A stretch of DNA of 64,000 nt, taken from assembly GCA_030704615.1 (NCBI GenBank), contig CM060731.1:60264001-60328000 (forward strand). Direction: 5' to 3'. Made by a program: the position numbers and the translations under genes. Positions 24,560 to 37,235 of this stretch are shown here, one piece after another. Numbering within the stretch: the first letter of the stretch is position 1; each line of letters begins with the position of its first letter. This DNA comes from Takakia lepidozioides. Taxonomy: Eukaryota; Plantae; Bryophyta. The notes below the pieces were generated by a model that worked only from the letters and a program-made list of their open reading frames with translations, made no database searches and was not told the origin of the DNA.

Positions 24560-24770
24560 ATCGGCTGGTAGTTCAGCACAATGACTTGCCTTGGCGGTTT
24601 GGGGTTCAAAACCCGTTGCCCTGCTCCTTATGTGTGGATTGTTCGGGATTGTTCATGGCATTCTGTCTGGAGTTATTGTCCTGTGTGCCTCCATGGCCCA
24701 TAAAATGAAAGCCCCCTCCTCAAGGGCTGAATTGTGGGGTGTCGCTCCCATGTTCCTTTTAAAAAAAATT
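24560..24770 (+). mobile_element. tRNA-derived SINE
   Basis: A-box-like TCGGCTGGTAGTTCAG, B-box-like GGTTCAAAACCC, A-rich tail, related copies nearby. Confidence 0.6.
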
Positions 24771-24846
24771 AAAATGTCAGTCTTGCCCAAGGGGAAATAA
24801 TAATCAATAAATAAATGACTCCTAAATGCCTCTCATTTTTTAATAA

Positions 24847-25414
24847 TAGGGTCATGAATGCACGGGCGGGCCCCGCCAGTACGGCCCTTGGGGTGAGCTC
24901 ATAAGCCCACCCCATTCAAACCCTCGAACAGACCGACTCCAACCTTCTAGCGGACAGGCAACCCTCATACCGGCACCCCTCCAAGCCTCCAATAGACCGG
25001 GCAGACCCCCCTCCAGCAAACCGGCAGATCCTCCAAGCATACCCGGCTTGGACCCTCCAACAGACCGGCAGACCCTTCGACCCTTCAACAAAATATATAT
25101 TTAATAATACACATTACTACCACAATACACCTTAACAAGATTTGAACACCACACCTTGTGTTCATAAATTATTGCTCTTAACCACCAAACTACCCATCAC
25201 TTTCTACAAACCTTTGCAATAACTAATGCTTTATGTGCATATTGTGGGCCCAGCAGACTAGCTCATGTGTTTTGTGGCCCTAGTAGACCAGCTTGCCAGG
25301 CAGACCTAGCAGCCGGGTCCGCCCGGGTCTGCCAGGCCGCTCCTACCATCGGCGACCCCCTATATGCCACACGCGGCCCCGCCGCAACCACATGCGCAGG
25401 CATTCATGACCCTA
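24847..25414. mobile_element. MITE with TIR TAGGGTCATGAATGC
   Basis: 15-bp inverted termini at 24847-24861 / 25400-25414 and GC-rich AGACC/ACCGG subterminal repeats. TSD is ambiguous. Confidence 0.65.
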
Positions 25415-27722
25415 TTATTGTTTAAATGAGAAGCCTCCTAAATTATATTCAGATTGTGATACCTATATCCAATCCATATTAATTATATATCTATTATGTA
25501 TCCAATATTGATTATATCCATTGCACTGTGTGCCGTCGATACTCATACATAGGTTTTCCTGAACAAAATGGATCTGATACTGGTATTAGCCTTCAGGTAC
25601 CAAATTTTCAACAGGGGTATTGCCCAGAGTATATAAGTAAACACAATACCGGGCGAATACAGGTACATGCTAGGTAATGGCGCTAGCTGATACCATACTG
25701 GTCTTGTACTTCATACCAGTGTTGACACGAGTTTCTTGTTTTTCATCATGCCATGTTGTCGTCATTCTTTTAAGCTGCCCAAAAACTTGAGTTATGAAAA
25801 TCATTTTTGTCAAATCTGCTCTCATATTTCTTTCTTTTGTTTGTTTTTCCACATATTGAATGTAAATGTTACAGCACTTCTAAAGCACTTCTAAATATTA
25901 AATCACCAAGCAGGAATGGTTTGCTCGGTTCTCAAAATACTCATAAGTACTTTAACCCTTTGGTTTTGTGGCGAGCTCGTTTCAATTTACTAATTTATTA
26001 CTATAGTACGTATATATTATAATATGATAATGGTAATAGCTAATGAATGTCGAATCTATATTTAATATATTTATTCTATATTTAAATATTTAAAAATATT
26101 AATTCTAAAATATTTCAATTGTTAAAATTTGGATTTATAAAAAGCTTGACAAGGAGAGTAGCCATAAAATGAAGTGGCTCTCAGTTACATCAAAAAGAGT
26201 ATCATTAATTGATTGAATATGACATTGTTTTGTAGGTTCTTACTAGCGCCCTTTTTGTTGATGTTGTGAAAAGGCCACAAATTTTACCTTAGAAGTCCTG
26301 AAATTTTTAGTAATGTGCACAATGGGTCCCATCATTGAGAGGTTTAATCGTTGAGTTTATAATGAACAGTGTTAGTATTTTCTTGAATTATGTATTTGGT
26401 CTGACCATTTATGATAGTTCTCAATATCTTACATATGGGTCCGTGGGCGCCAAAACATGCTTCAGTAGGATGAAATGCTCCAAGAAACATCGTCACAAGC
26501 ATCCGTGAGGACTTCAAATTTTCAATTTTCTCTTGCTCTGGCCTATTATTCGAGGTTGTATGATATTCGAGGTTATATTAGATAATAGGCTCGGGCCTAT
26601 TATATGATGAATCCGAGGTTAATTGGAAGCACCGCAGATCCAATAGGAAGGGTAGATCTCGTGTGCAGCTCTCCTTTGCTAGTCTTGGAGATAGTTAGTG
26701 TAGTTCAGTCTGGCAGTAGCTAGGTCTGATCCTGTTGGACCTTCCTGCCTAGTTCCTTGTGCTTACTCTGGAATCGAAGCAGTGTCTTCCGACATCAGCC
26801 TCTATGGCACCCCTTTGGAGGTTATTTTTTCCTCCTCTTGTATCCCAACCTAGCCGTGTTTTTTTTTTAAATATGATCTACAGGGCCTCCGTCCCCTTTT
26901 CTATTTTAAAAAAACGAAAAAAATGAAAAGAAAAATTCAAGCCTAAGCTTATGCTCCCGACTAGCAGCTACAGTTAGCCAACCTACAGCAAAAGGTCATC
27001 AGTTGATGGTCACAAGCCAGATGTGTAGCCTACCCGGAAGGAGCCCGGAAGTCTAGACACGACTAGATTTAGTGAAGACAACCTGCATAGCTAGCTCATG
27101 CACCATTCCAGCGGACTGACATGAGACCATTGACCACACAAGTTATGGGAGTGGAGTATTAAGTTGGGAAGAATTCAGGAGGGCATAGGACTGTTACTAG
27201 CCAGTGACTGCGATTGCTACATCTTAGACTCTGGTAGATTCAAGTAATTCCTCCACTTTGAGAAGAACACATACATGGAATAACAAGGTACAGACGACAT
27301 AGTTTGCTCCGTCTCTGCACCAACGTACTGAACAAATCAAAGAACCAGGTTTGTGAGGATGGCATTGAAAAATGATTTGATACTAGAACTCACAACAGGA
27401 GCCTGCAGTTGGACATTTACGATTGCACACTCCAATTCTCTACCACTGTTTCTCATTGCAGGCAATGCAGGTGGCCTCTGAACACCAGAGGTGATCTGTT
27501 GGCTAGTTCAATCACATGCAGTGTGATATTGTTGCCTCTTGTGACCACAACTGCTGCAATCAGATAGTGCCACTTGAAATGGTGATTCTGGGCTTGTATC
27601 ATCTACACCCTTGTGAAAAAGAGAATTTGACAAAGGGTGCACAGCTGTTGTCAGACAAACAGACAGTCCCCCAGCTTAGCTAGGAAAAGGGCAAGTCTGG
27701 GCCATCAATGTCAGTCAGTCAG

Positions 27723-30629
27723 TCAGTCAGTGCTAGACTGAATGTATATGCGATGAATTTCCTTGGCGCTCAGTTTTTTCCGGCACGTGGGACACTTCTT
27801 TTGTGCCTGGATGGCACCCTTGATACAAGCTTGACAGAAAATATGGCCACACACAGTTGATGTCTCCAGCTTCATTGTGTCCATGCAAATCGGACAAACA
27901 AACTTCGGTCCTTCCTTGACCTTGGGTTGCTCAGACACCACAGATTCCACTCGCTTTCGCTTCTGCAAAGGTTCAATGATCCACAGCTGTCAGTAAATGA
28001 GACAGCCTTGACCCACAGCTATGACAAATATAACTGCATTACAAGATCGCACTGGAAGTTATGGAATGCCCACATCCTACTTGTGACTATAAAGTCTGCA
28101 CAAATGGAAAATAAACAGAAACTGTCGATATGCTCTATGGTCTCCACCATGCTAGGCTGTGTCTGAAGGCAAGCAGTAGGGCATAAGCCCACCATGGGAG
28201 ATACCCAACTATTACTTTCAGAGTAGATACTGAAGCTCAGAACAGGAGAGAAAGGAACAGGCACTCGGATGAGGCTCGGGTGACCAATAGTTAACTTTCA
28301 GAAAAAGGACCCTCAAGAAACATCAGAATTGACCAAGAAAAGGTTACCCGAGGATTGTCTGAAAGAAGCACACAGTCTTCATTGGAAGGCGCCGCAGTCA
28401 CCTGGGGTAGAGCACGTATTCTGAATGTGGAGGACCCTGACCCTGAAGACCACAGAAGTTAAGGTGAGGTGCAACAGCAACTTTGCTTTCTTCACATTGA
28501 CTTTCACTTCATTTATGTCGCATGAACTGATTAGTTGGTCTCCTTGGCTTTGGCCGTTTGCTAGTCAAGTTAATGACTGGAAACACTTACTGAAAGGTAC
28601 TGTTTGTAAGATTTTTGTAGTTCATTTGTTACCTCAAAGTGCTCTCTCCCTACAGAGAACAGAGGAGTTTTTTTCTGTGGTTTTGAGACAATTAAAGAGG
28701 CAGAAATGCCTTTTCTTTTCGGGCAGGCCAGGTTTGAGAGAGATAGAGCAGAGTACTGCAGCAGGGGAGGGAGAGCAGAAAGCAAAGACACTCCAAAGAG
28801 TCTGAGTCTTAATTGGCATGGACACTACAGGTGACAACACAGCACTTACTCATTCTTCTAGAGCTAGGTCTGAAACATACCTGCCAACTCATCAGGAGCT
28901 CTACCTGGCAGACATCCGTGAAACCCTCTTTCTACCTTAACAACATCCCCCTTGCCACCAAGAGGCCACTTCAGAGTGAACGTCCTTGAACATGGGGCTA
29001 AAAACCTCCAGTCATGTGGGGTCAGCATATATGGATCTACATGAGGCTGGACCACAGTAAAAGAGGAACTGAAGTCCCACCCAAGCTGGAAATTTGGGTT
29101 AGGTTACAGTGTCACATCAAGCTACGTGCCAGTTCTAGAGACGTCAGGAAAAAGCAAGACGCCAGGAGGTCCATGAATCCCATATGAAATCATGGCTAGA
29201 TCAAAACTGTAGGAAGACATCAGGTAAATGGAGCATTTCATTTTCTGTGCTTAATGCCCCAAATGCAAAGACAGGCTCTGGACAAAGTCAGATAGGAGAT
29301 ATTCCCTTATATACCATGAGCAGTATACAAGGGACAGGCTACAAGCTGCATGAGCAAAAAGTCTGTCCCTCTTTGCTATCTGGCTGGGCCCTCCATCCTT
29401 GCCGCTGCACAGAGGCGTAGAGAGGAACAAAGGGACAAAGAAAAGCCCATGTGAATTAGTATGCAAGTACCCTACTGGAAATCAGTAGCACAGGTCCAGA
29501 AATATTGAATAGGTACAAGCTCTTTGGGAAGCTCCCAATATCATTGTTGTGCCATTTGTTTGTGGCAGTTGCTTCATGCAGACAATAAAGCACCATCCCC
29601 ACATTGTGCATGCGATACTCTAATGCATAGAGAACAGAGCATGAGTCATCACTGACAGAAGTACTGCATGCTGTTATTCCTCTATGTCAACGATCAACTA
29701 TATCCAAGTGCACTTGCACAGATACAGATTCATTATGGTTAGCCTGCAGATCATGTGTTGAGAACATGTAGGGTTTGGGACATACCATCTCCCAAACATA
29801 ACATTCCCCGAGCTCCCTCGGTCTAAACACTTCTCCTTTGGGTATGGAAGAGGCCACATGCAGCCCCAGATTTACCACACATGAAATGACTACTGTTACT
29901 CTCGATATCAGGAACACACCAGTTCTGTCCACACCGCCATCCATCTTGGATAACATGAACATGTCCGGATAGCCAGTGAAAATCAGATGCAAACAAGCTC
30001 TCGGAAACCTCATAGGAAGTAGAGTACGCACCACCAGGGCCAAGGCGAAGCTCCAAAAGATCTTCTTGCTCTCCCGATTGACGCGTAACTCGCCGTGGCA
30101 TCGACCGGCCCATAGACTTTGCCTGCATCCAAACCACAAAATCCAAATAATCAAGACAGCTACAATGTGCTAAGAAGAAACAAAACCGGTACTTGACGAC
30201 CTGTCTTGGACGCTGAAGCGCCTTGATTGGCAGCCTTCCCTCAGTGATGTTGGTGAGAAGGCTATAACAAGACGATGATCAAACATTGCGTGTCAAACTG
30301 AATTAGAAACGAAACACGCAGACCACGTACATAGGGCAACGGAGCAAGGGAAGACAAGGGGCAGACATTCCAACTTCGTTCAACCGTACAAAACAACATC
30401 ACTGTGACAAACAAACCTGAGCAAAGGAACGAGGAGACGACATCACAACATCGTCATCGTCATCATCAACAACAATGGTGATAGCCATCGCACTGCTGGC
30501 CGTGCCACCAACCACAACAGGCTTTTGCACCTCTGGCTCTCCCAATCGTGCATTCAGATCCGCAACCCGCCGCCGGCCGCGGTTCCACTTGAGAATATGG
30601 TCTCGGCTTGATCCTCCCACCACACTCAT
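27723..30629 (-). CDS. RNF4-like SUMO-targeted ubiquitin ligase (SIMs + C-terminal C3HC4 RING), ~212 aa
   Basis: Exons 30417-30629, 30032-30122, 28348-28442 and 27723-27962, with GT-AG introns and consistent phases. SIM-like ITIVVDDDDDDVVM and EDCVLLSD; RING CPICMD...CGHIFCQAC...CPTCRKKL. Confidence 0.85.
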
Positions 30630-32149
30630 GCTTTTCTTCCGAGTCGCCAAACCTCTCACCTTCCTCCCCCTGTAAGTACGCCTGAATCCCCTTCCTCGCA
30701 ATCCCAATTCCACTTCCACGGTTTTTTTTTTTTGGGCAGACCTCTATCAAACCTCTATCTCCCCACACCGTTTGTTTTCTTGATCCAACCTGTCTGTAAC
30801 CTGTTGCCTCAAGCAAACCCTTGCACCAAGCCACCGATAAGGTCGCAGTGTTGTGCACACAACAGCAACACGTACAGGTAACAGGAGGCAGATCAGCGGC
30901 AACCTCCACCCGCCATGGACATATACGAAGCTTCCATGGCTCACCTCCGTCTCGAACAGGACCACCACACACCTCTCACGCTCAAAACAGACACCTTCCA
31001 ACTAGGGTTCCGCTCAAGCTATCGCCAGCCATTAGCCATTATTCCCATCAGCGTAACTGCCCCGGAGAAGCCGGCTTCTCCAGCCCTGTGTCCGGATGAC
31101 CTTTTTTGGCAATTCTGGCGAAACTTGTGTGTGCCCCACCACCAAGAAGCAGCTCCTGGTTTTGAATTCGCATGATTCGTCTTCCCACTGGCCCTTACAG
31201 CCACCCCCGTCCCGATCTGGGTTCAAATCCCCGTGCACTCATCTTTTGACCCTCACCACGTATCGCTCTCTCCTCGAGAGTCTCCCAACTCATGGGCGAC
31301 TTTTTGAAAGAACCGCAAGTGTGGGAGGGGAAGCTTCCCGGATAAGTCATTGGGCCAGTGCAACGGTCACTCGGATTTGAGCTCGGGTCGGTAGTCTGGC
31401 GAAGCTAGGCCTATCCCCAGTTTTAGAAAATAAAAATAAAAATACCTCCCCACCGAATTTTTCATCTTCTTTTTATTTTCACCAAATAAACCCGAGCCTG
31501 CCTTTAAAAAGAAAAAGAAAAAGTAACCCGAGCAGCCGTGCCAACGAGTCAGCCAGTGTTTCGGATGGGACTTTTTAGATTATTCATTTTTCTTTAATTT
31601 TTATTTTTATTCAGCAATCAGCTCAGCACTTCAAAAAGACCCGTGATGGGAACGAGGAGGTTCAACGTCCTCTTTCAATGAAGAAGGCCGACATAAGCCT
31701 GAACTCCCGTCAGCACCCCATGCATGTGGACTCTGGGAATCTAGGGTATCCATGCTTCTCTCACATACTCTTTGATATGCACACTGAAGCTCGAAAGGCG
31801 TGGATTAAATTGTCTGCAGACGTCTGCAAGCATCCACAGTGACTGCCAAGACTCGGAGGTAGACTGGAAATCTTAATATGCTCAAGCCCCAAGTACACCA
31901 GCTCGCTTCCACCATCGAACTGGCGAACCTAGGCACGCTTTTCTCTATTGAACTGGCGGCACCTGAAGGGTAAGCAGCCCGCGAAGCCGAGCTTTGACAG
32001 GTGATTGCTCCCATCTTCAGCGACTCCTTTGGGCGGTGGTTGGATGTTGGCGGGGCCCTCTAGTTAGGCCTCACTCGTTGGCCAGCAGTTACGAAGGTCT
32101 AGTCTTGATTGTGCCAATCAGTGCTAGCTGCACTGTCATCTTCATGTTT

Positions 32150-32480
32150 GTTTGTTGGCTCTCTTGTAGAGAGAGCATGTTGAAGTCAATGGAGAAAATG
32201 TGGTCAAAGGACCTTACACCGTGTCAAGGCTCTCATTGGTGTGTTGTGCTGAGTCATGCTCCCTAGTCTTACCTTTCTCTTATGTTTTTGCCAAAACAAG
32301 AGAGCCCATTGCCTTTTGAGGCTTGTAGAGAGAGACTTTGCAACATGTTGGTCAAAGGACCTTACACCGTGTCAAGGCTCCGATTGGTGTGCTGTGCTGA
32401 GTCATGCCCCTCACTCTTACCTTTCTCTTATGTTTTGCCGGAGCAAGAGAGCCCATCGCTCTTTTAGGTTTGTTTAAAGC
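32150..32480 (+). repeat. Two tandem ~150-bp units of a dispersed repeat
   Basis: GGTCAAAGGACCTTACACCGTGTCAAGGCTC occurs at ~32202 and ~32350; a third, inverted copy is at 16200-16400. Confidence 0.8.
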
Positions 32481-32669
32481 TTGGGATCAAGTCAACAATG
32501 GTAGTCTTCCTTGTCATGGCTAGTCTCCATGGCGTTAGTCTCCATGGCGTTCGTGGTTTCAATCTTTTCCCGTCTCGAGTGATGTTGACGGTCTTTCTCT
32601 TGTTCTGTCAGGGCTCATCACCCAGTGGGTGTATTCTTGGGTTTTTTATTTTCTCTTATCAATAAACAA

Positions 32670-32975
32670 CCAACAGTCGGTAGCTCAAGGATAGTGCACA
32701 ACCAGCGTGTAGCCCAGTAGTAATGGGCGCATGGCACATACCACATTGGATGTGGTTGTGGATTCAAACCACGGTCTGGTGTGTCATGAAGGTGTCCACC
32801 TTTCAGTTGGAGGGCAGTGCCCGTGTGGTGAAAAGACACCATAATTTACGCTCCCTTAGGTAGGCGGGGTTTTTTTTTTTTTTTTTTTTAGCCTCCCAGA
32901 TGATTCTGGGGTCAAATCCTGCTATCTTGACGGATGTGGCATGTGAGCTTCTCCCCCTTCCCTGGGCGGTGTCCC
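32670..32975 (+). mobile_element. SINE-like remnants (two adjacent)
   Basis: TAGCTCAAGG / GTAGCCCAGTAG A-box-like and GGATTCAAACC B-box-like elements, similar to 14380-14440. 32895-32975 matches 16483-16560. Confidence 0.45.
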
Positions 32976-33124
32976 ATTAATTGGGACGCCTCGTTCGCAT
33001 GACTCCTTCCAAGCGGCCCTTAAGGACATCCACTCCAACCAAGGAGGGTAACAAGTTGGCGGTGGGATCCCTAAGACCCCTTCTGATTCTCTCTCTGTCT
33101 CTCTCTCTCTCTCACCCTTAGTTC

Positions 33125-34610
33125 ACATAGCTGTGTCACTGTTAACGGACAGAAGTCCAACTTCTTTGACATAGACCAAGGTGTAGCTCAAGGATGTACT
33201 CTTTCCCCTCTGCTCTTCAATGTTTTCATCAATCAACTCCTCGAGGATGTGGAAAGTGAGGGATTTAGGGTTAAGGGTGGGTGATACCACCATACCAGCC
33301 CTTATGTTTGCGGATGACTTCGCAGGCATAGGAGAGACTCCAACCAATCTCCAGGAGTTGATTGATTGCGCGAAGAGATACTTTGATCTTAAGGGGCTAG
33401 AGACTAATGTCAGCAAATGTGCAGTGGTAGCATTCAACGACAGAGGAGAGGGAGGAAGTGATCTTAAGTGGCAGTGGGATACCCAAGAGATCCCGGTCCA
33501 CCCTAAACCCTACACTTACCTGGGCGTTCAGTTTTCCTCCAATTGTAATATGGATGCACATATCCGGAAAGTTGTTCAAACTGGCAAATGCAAAGGTCTG
33601 GGGCTCACTAAATTTTTCCACTGCAGAGGGGTCAACTCTGAGGTTTAGAAAACCATGCTTTGTCGCGTTATTTAGACCTGCATGGAAGTACGAATCTGCT
33701 ATATAGGTTGATAACTCCAACCAGGCTAAGTCTCTAGAATCCATTCAAGTGGGGGTGCTTAAGGAGTGTATGTCAGCATGCTCCAAAACAGCCAATGTGG
33801 CTGTTCGGGGTGAGTTTGGCATTCCGTCCTTAAGCTCCCTACGAGATGAATTCAAGGTCAGATGGTGGGGTCAGCTGCAACATAAGCCCAAGACCAGATA
33901 TCCTAAGTTAATCGACTCTATATCTTGGAAACAGGACCGCCCTGTCAAACAGGCTAAGTCCTGGTAGAAGAGAGTAGGAAAAATCTGACTTAGAGGCTGT
34001 AGTGTCCAAAGCCATGTCTGTTGCCATGAGATTGTCTGATGAAAATGAAGTTAGGCAGAAAACTTCCCTGAACTTGTTTCCAGTCAGTGACATGGGGGAG
34101 GACATCTTGGATGACCTCAAGGGTCTACCCACTCTCGGCACTAGACTGAAATTTAAACTCGGGGCAGGAAGCCTACCTTTGAACAGCTAACAGAAGCAGA
34201 GAGGAAAGGGAGAGTGCAATTGTCCGTTGTGTGGGCAATCTAAAGACAATATTCATTTTCTGATATACTGTCCGGGGTTCTCTCACCAAAGAGACGCTCT
34301 CTTCAATTCTATCAAGGGAATTGTGCCTGTACCCCTGTTTACCAACTTTGAAAGTCTCAAGGCTGAGCCAAAAGCCCAGGCCCTCCTGAGGCCTAGTTTC
34401 TGGGCAAATCACACACAACAAATTGATGCTTGTGTGAAGGGATTTCTAGAGGATATCTGGAAAACCCGGATTAATTCTTTATATGAAGGTAAGTCTTACT
34501 ACCAACGTCAGCCCCTGACAGAGGTAGGTTCTGTTCCTTTTGTTCCCGCTCAAACTGGGCGTGGGGTCAATGGCCACAAGGCTACGGCAAACAACGTCTT
34601 ATGAGTACAA
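33125..34610 (+). mobile_element. 5'-truncated non-LTR retrotransposon (LINE; RT C-terminal half and CCHC finger), pseudogenised
   Basis: GVAQGCTLSPLLFN, FADD, KC..V, YTYLGV and CPLCGQSKDNIHFLIYCP. 15-bp TSD TCTCACCCTTAGTTC (33110-33124 / 34611-34625). Confidence 0.92.
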
Positions 34611-35649
34611 TCTCACCCTTAGTTCCTCTCAGATTGTGGAAGCAATTGAGCATTTTCATGATGTGTAGGGTTCAGGGTAGGGTTTTGTGTAAAGCAGAGG
34701 TAGAGGTAGAACCGAGCAAGGTTTAGGGTAAATCTAAGTGAGTAAGAGGTTGTGTATGGCAGAGGAATGATCTTTGGAGTGATAAACTGATGGAAAAGGG
34801 AGTGTGTGGGGCTGGACTGAGAGTGAGGGAGAGGCTGGAGAATGGCTCATGAAATGTATATGCTTACAATGACTGAGATGGTGATTGGTTTATATAACCA
34901 AGCCTATTACTACTATGATTGGCTTGTGAACTTAAGGCATGAGTGGTTGATTGTTTCATTTCGAACCTGATATGCTTTGAGCCTGGTTCCGGAGATTTAT
35001 CTCCAGACCTGCAATCAGCTTTTGTGATGAGTTTACAATCTGCATATATGGTGGTAAATGTTATATATCAAACCTTGGTTCTTTCCTAATGTGAATGACC
35101 TGGAAACTTTGTTAGAAAGATGAAATTCCATGCATTCACGCCATTGGATGCCAAACTTTTCTTGGCACGTTGGGCCAAGGTTTGTATGTGTTCACGAACT
35201 GCTGACCTTGCTCGTTGCCCGGTTGGCCTTATTTTCCATCATTGCTAACTTTATGGGGTGGAGGGGCTTGTGTTAGGCTGCATCAAAGCGTGCAAAGGAA
35301 GGGGGGACTCAGGCTGTGGCGAATGCTACTGGTCCACCTACGACATGGGTGCAACAAGGCCCGAATGGCCCATGGGTGCAATCCAAAGGTGGGCAAACGT
35401 GGCTGCAGCAAGGAGCACCTACCTGGCAGCAGCCCATGGCCCCTCCATAGACGACGAACACGTGGTCATGGATTCCAAGTGGGTCCAATGGAGGACCCCA
35501 AGGAGCTTGGGTACAAGGAGGTGCCCAAACTTGGGGCCCTCCATGCAACGCCGCTGGTGGGCAGTGGGCAGGCCTCCCTTTTAATGGTGCTGCTCCTCCA
35601 TTCACCCCCCCTGCTGGTGATGATCAAGATTCCACACAACAAGGGGATG

Positions 35650-36480
35650 TGGCGTCGCAGGCTGCAAACAAAAAAAGACAAAAAAAGGTTGGCTGCAAAG
35701 GAACATGAAACTGATGCAAAAGCCCGCAAATCTGTTGGGCTGAAGCCGCACAAGGTACAACTAAACTCTAAGGGGGAAGTAGACCAGGGGTGTGAGGGGA
35801 AGGATTACTGGCAGAGCTCCTTGTGGGGACTCTGCATCAGATATCTTGATCCTAGCATTTTGCTAGCAGACAAGCAGGAACCCACTGACATGGCCAAGGT
35901 TAAGGAATCCATGGACGTGGATTTTGAGTACTATCCTAAACTTATGAGCGTTGACAAGTTCCAGAAAGCATGTGGGAGGATTATAAAAGTACACCGCCAA
36001 AAGTTAAAGCTGGTGTGGTTGGCTGGAGGTCCATGCCCTCCGAGTGGAGAGTCCTGCCATTAGGATGCATTGGTGAAGTACTGGGATTCCCCCAAGGGCA
36101 AGAAAGAAAGTGAGAACATGAAGAGAGCACGATCCAATGTTACCAACCCATCGAGGGTTGGAAGAGCAGGGTTGGCTGGACAAGCCCGACGCTTGGTAAT
36201 ATGAATATCTGCACCACATTTTAATATATATATACATCTATATGTATATACATATATACACATGTATGTGATGGAGTAGGATACCATCTCTGCCCTATGA
36301 GGTAGTTGCAAACTGTCACTATAGTCATGCCTCTGTGAACGCCCCACTTGTTTGGATGAATATGGGCTAATTTTTTTTTTTTGTTGTGGCCCAAGCAGAA
36401 GAAAGAGAGAGCACGAAGTCCAAGCATCACTGAGCTGGCACACGCATCAAAGGCGGACAAGGGTTTAAGCTCCCAGTCAA
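35650..36480 (+). pseudogene. CACTA TnpA-like (Ptta/En/Spm-type) gene fragment
   Basis: DALVKYWDSPKGKKESENMKRARSNVTNPSRVGRAG matches the W..LV.YW.S.....S..N..NR......H..G pattern. Premature stop and intron present. Confidence 0.65.
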
Positions 36481-36589
36481 TTGGAGGTGCACAGGTAAAT
36501 GGTGTGTGGGTATTTTTGCTGGAGCAGTAGCCAGGCCATGCGGGCTGATTATGTGTCTTTCTTTGGCTGTATAGGGAGGGGGTGAAACA

Positions 36590-37024
36590 TTCAATGACTT
36601 CCGAAACCACTTGTTGAGTGACCACAAAATGACTCATAGAGTCATTCTATGAAAACTGAGAATATACAATATCACTCACAGAGTGGTTATGTGAGTGGTT
36701 GACGTCTCTCAGCAGGTCATTGGAATGATTACCCTCAGAGTGGTGTGTAAGCTATTTGAGTCATTCATGGTGTCTCTCTGAGTGGGAACTATGGATTGGA
36801 GTCATTACTAACAGAGTGGTGTGTAAGTGATTAGGAATACCACTGGAGGAATTCATACCACTAGTACAGTAATATATTTGTGACTACTTATACCACTATA
36901 CAAGTGGTAATATAGGCAATTGTGTGCATTTGGCTACTCCCACATTTTTAAATTATACCACTATTATAGTGATGTGCAAGTGATTATGAACATGACTAGA
37001 GGAACACATACCACTAGTGTAGTG
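36590..37024. mobile_element. Right end of a CACTA element (subterminal ACCACT/AGTGGT array and terminal CTAGTGTAGTG)
   Basis: More than ten ACCAC/GTGGT motifs in both orientations, ending in TAGTG at 37024. The matching left TIR was not found. Confidence 0.65.
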
Positions 37025-37235
37025 TTTAAAGAAGTACCATTGGGGATTCAAGCTCCACAAAATAGAATAGAATCCCAGAGAGTTAAGTGCTGGAACACTG
37101 TCAACAAAATCCAGCCATGATAAAAACACTAAGCCTAACTTGTACACAGCGTCTCCGCATGCATGCTAGGAACACTGAACTGCTTTCATGCCTTCTTCTC
37201 ACTGCCAGCAATGTCTATGCCCGGGCAAACGAAAT

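Noticed and set aside
26640-26940. Possible L1-type 3' end with an A-rich tail
   Set aside because: No coding motif, TSD or second copy in the window.
30190-30262. Extra exon of the RING gene
   Set aside because: It has AG/GT-like borders, but its open frame is out of phase with exon 1. The four-exon model is already in frame.
31620-32150. Possible retroelement or gene remnant
   Set aside because: All three minus-strand frames contain stops and no motif could be recognised.
16443-32850. tRNA genes at the A/B-box-like sequences (16443, 24560, 32680)
   Set aside because: No complete cloverleaf; they continue into shared repeat bodies with A-rich tails, so they are SINE-like.
33123-33437. 5' inversion in the LINE, or a minus-strand ORF
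   Set aside because: The plus strand reads continuous RT motifs (GVAQGCTLSPLLFN) with a simple frameshift. The minus ORF is an antisense shadow.
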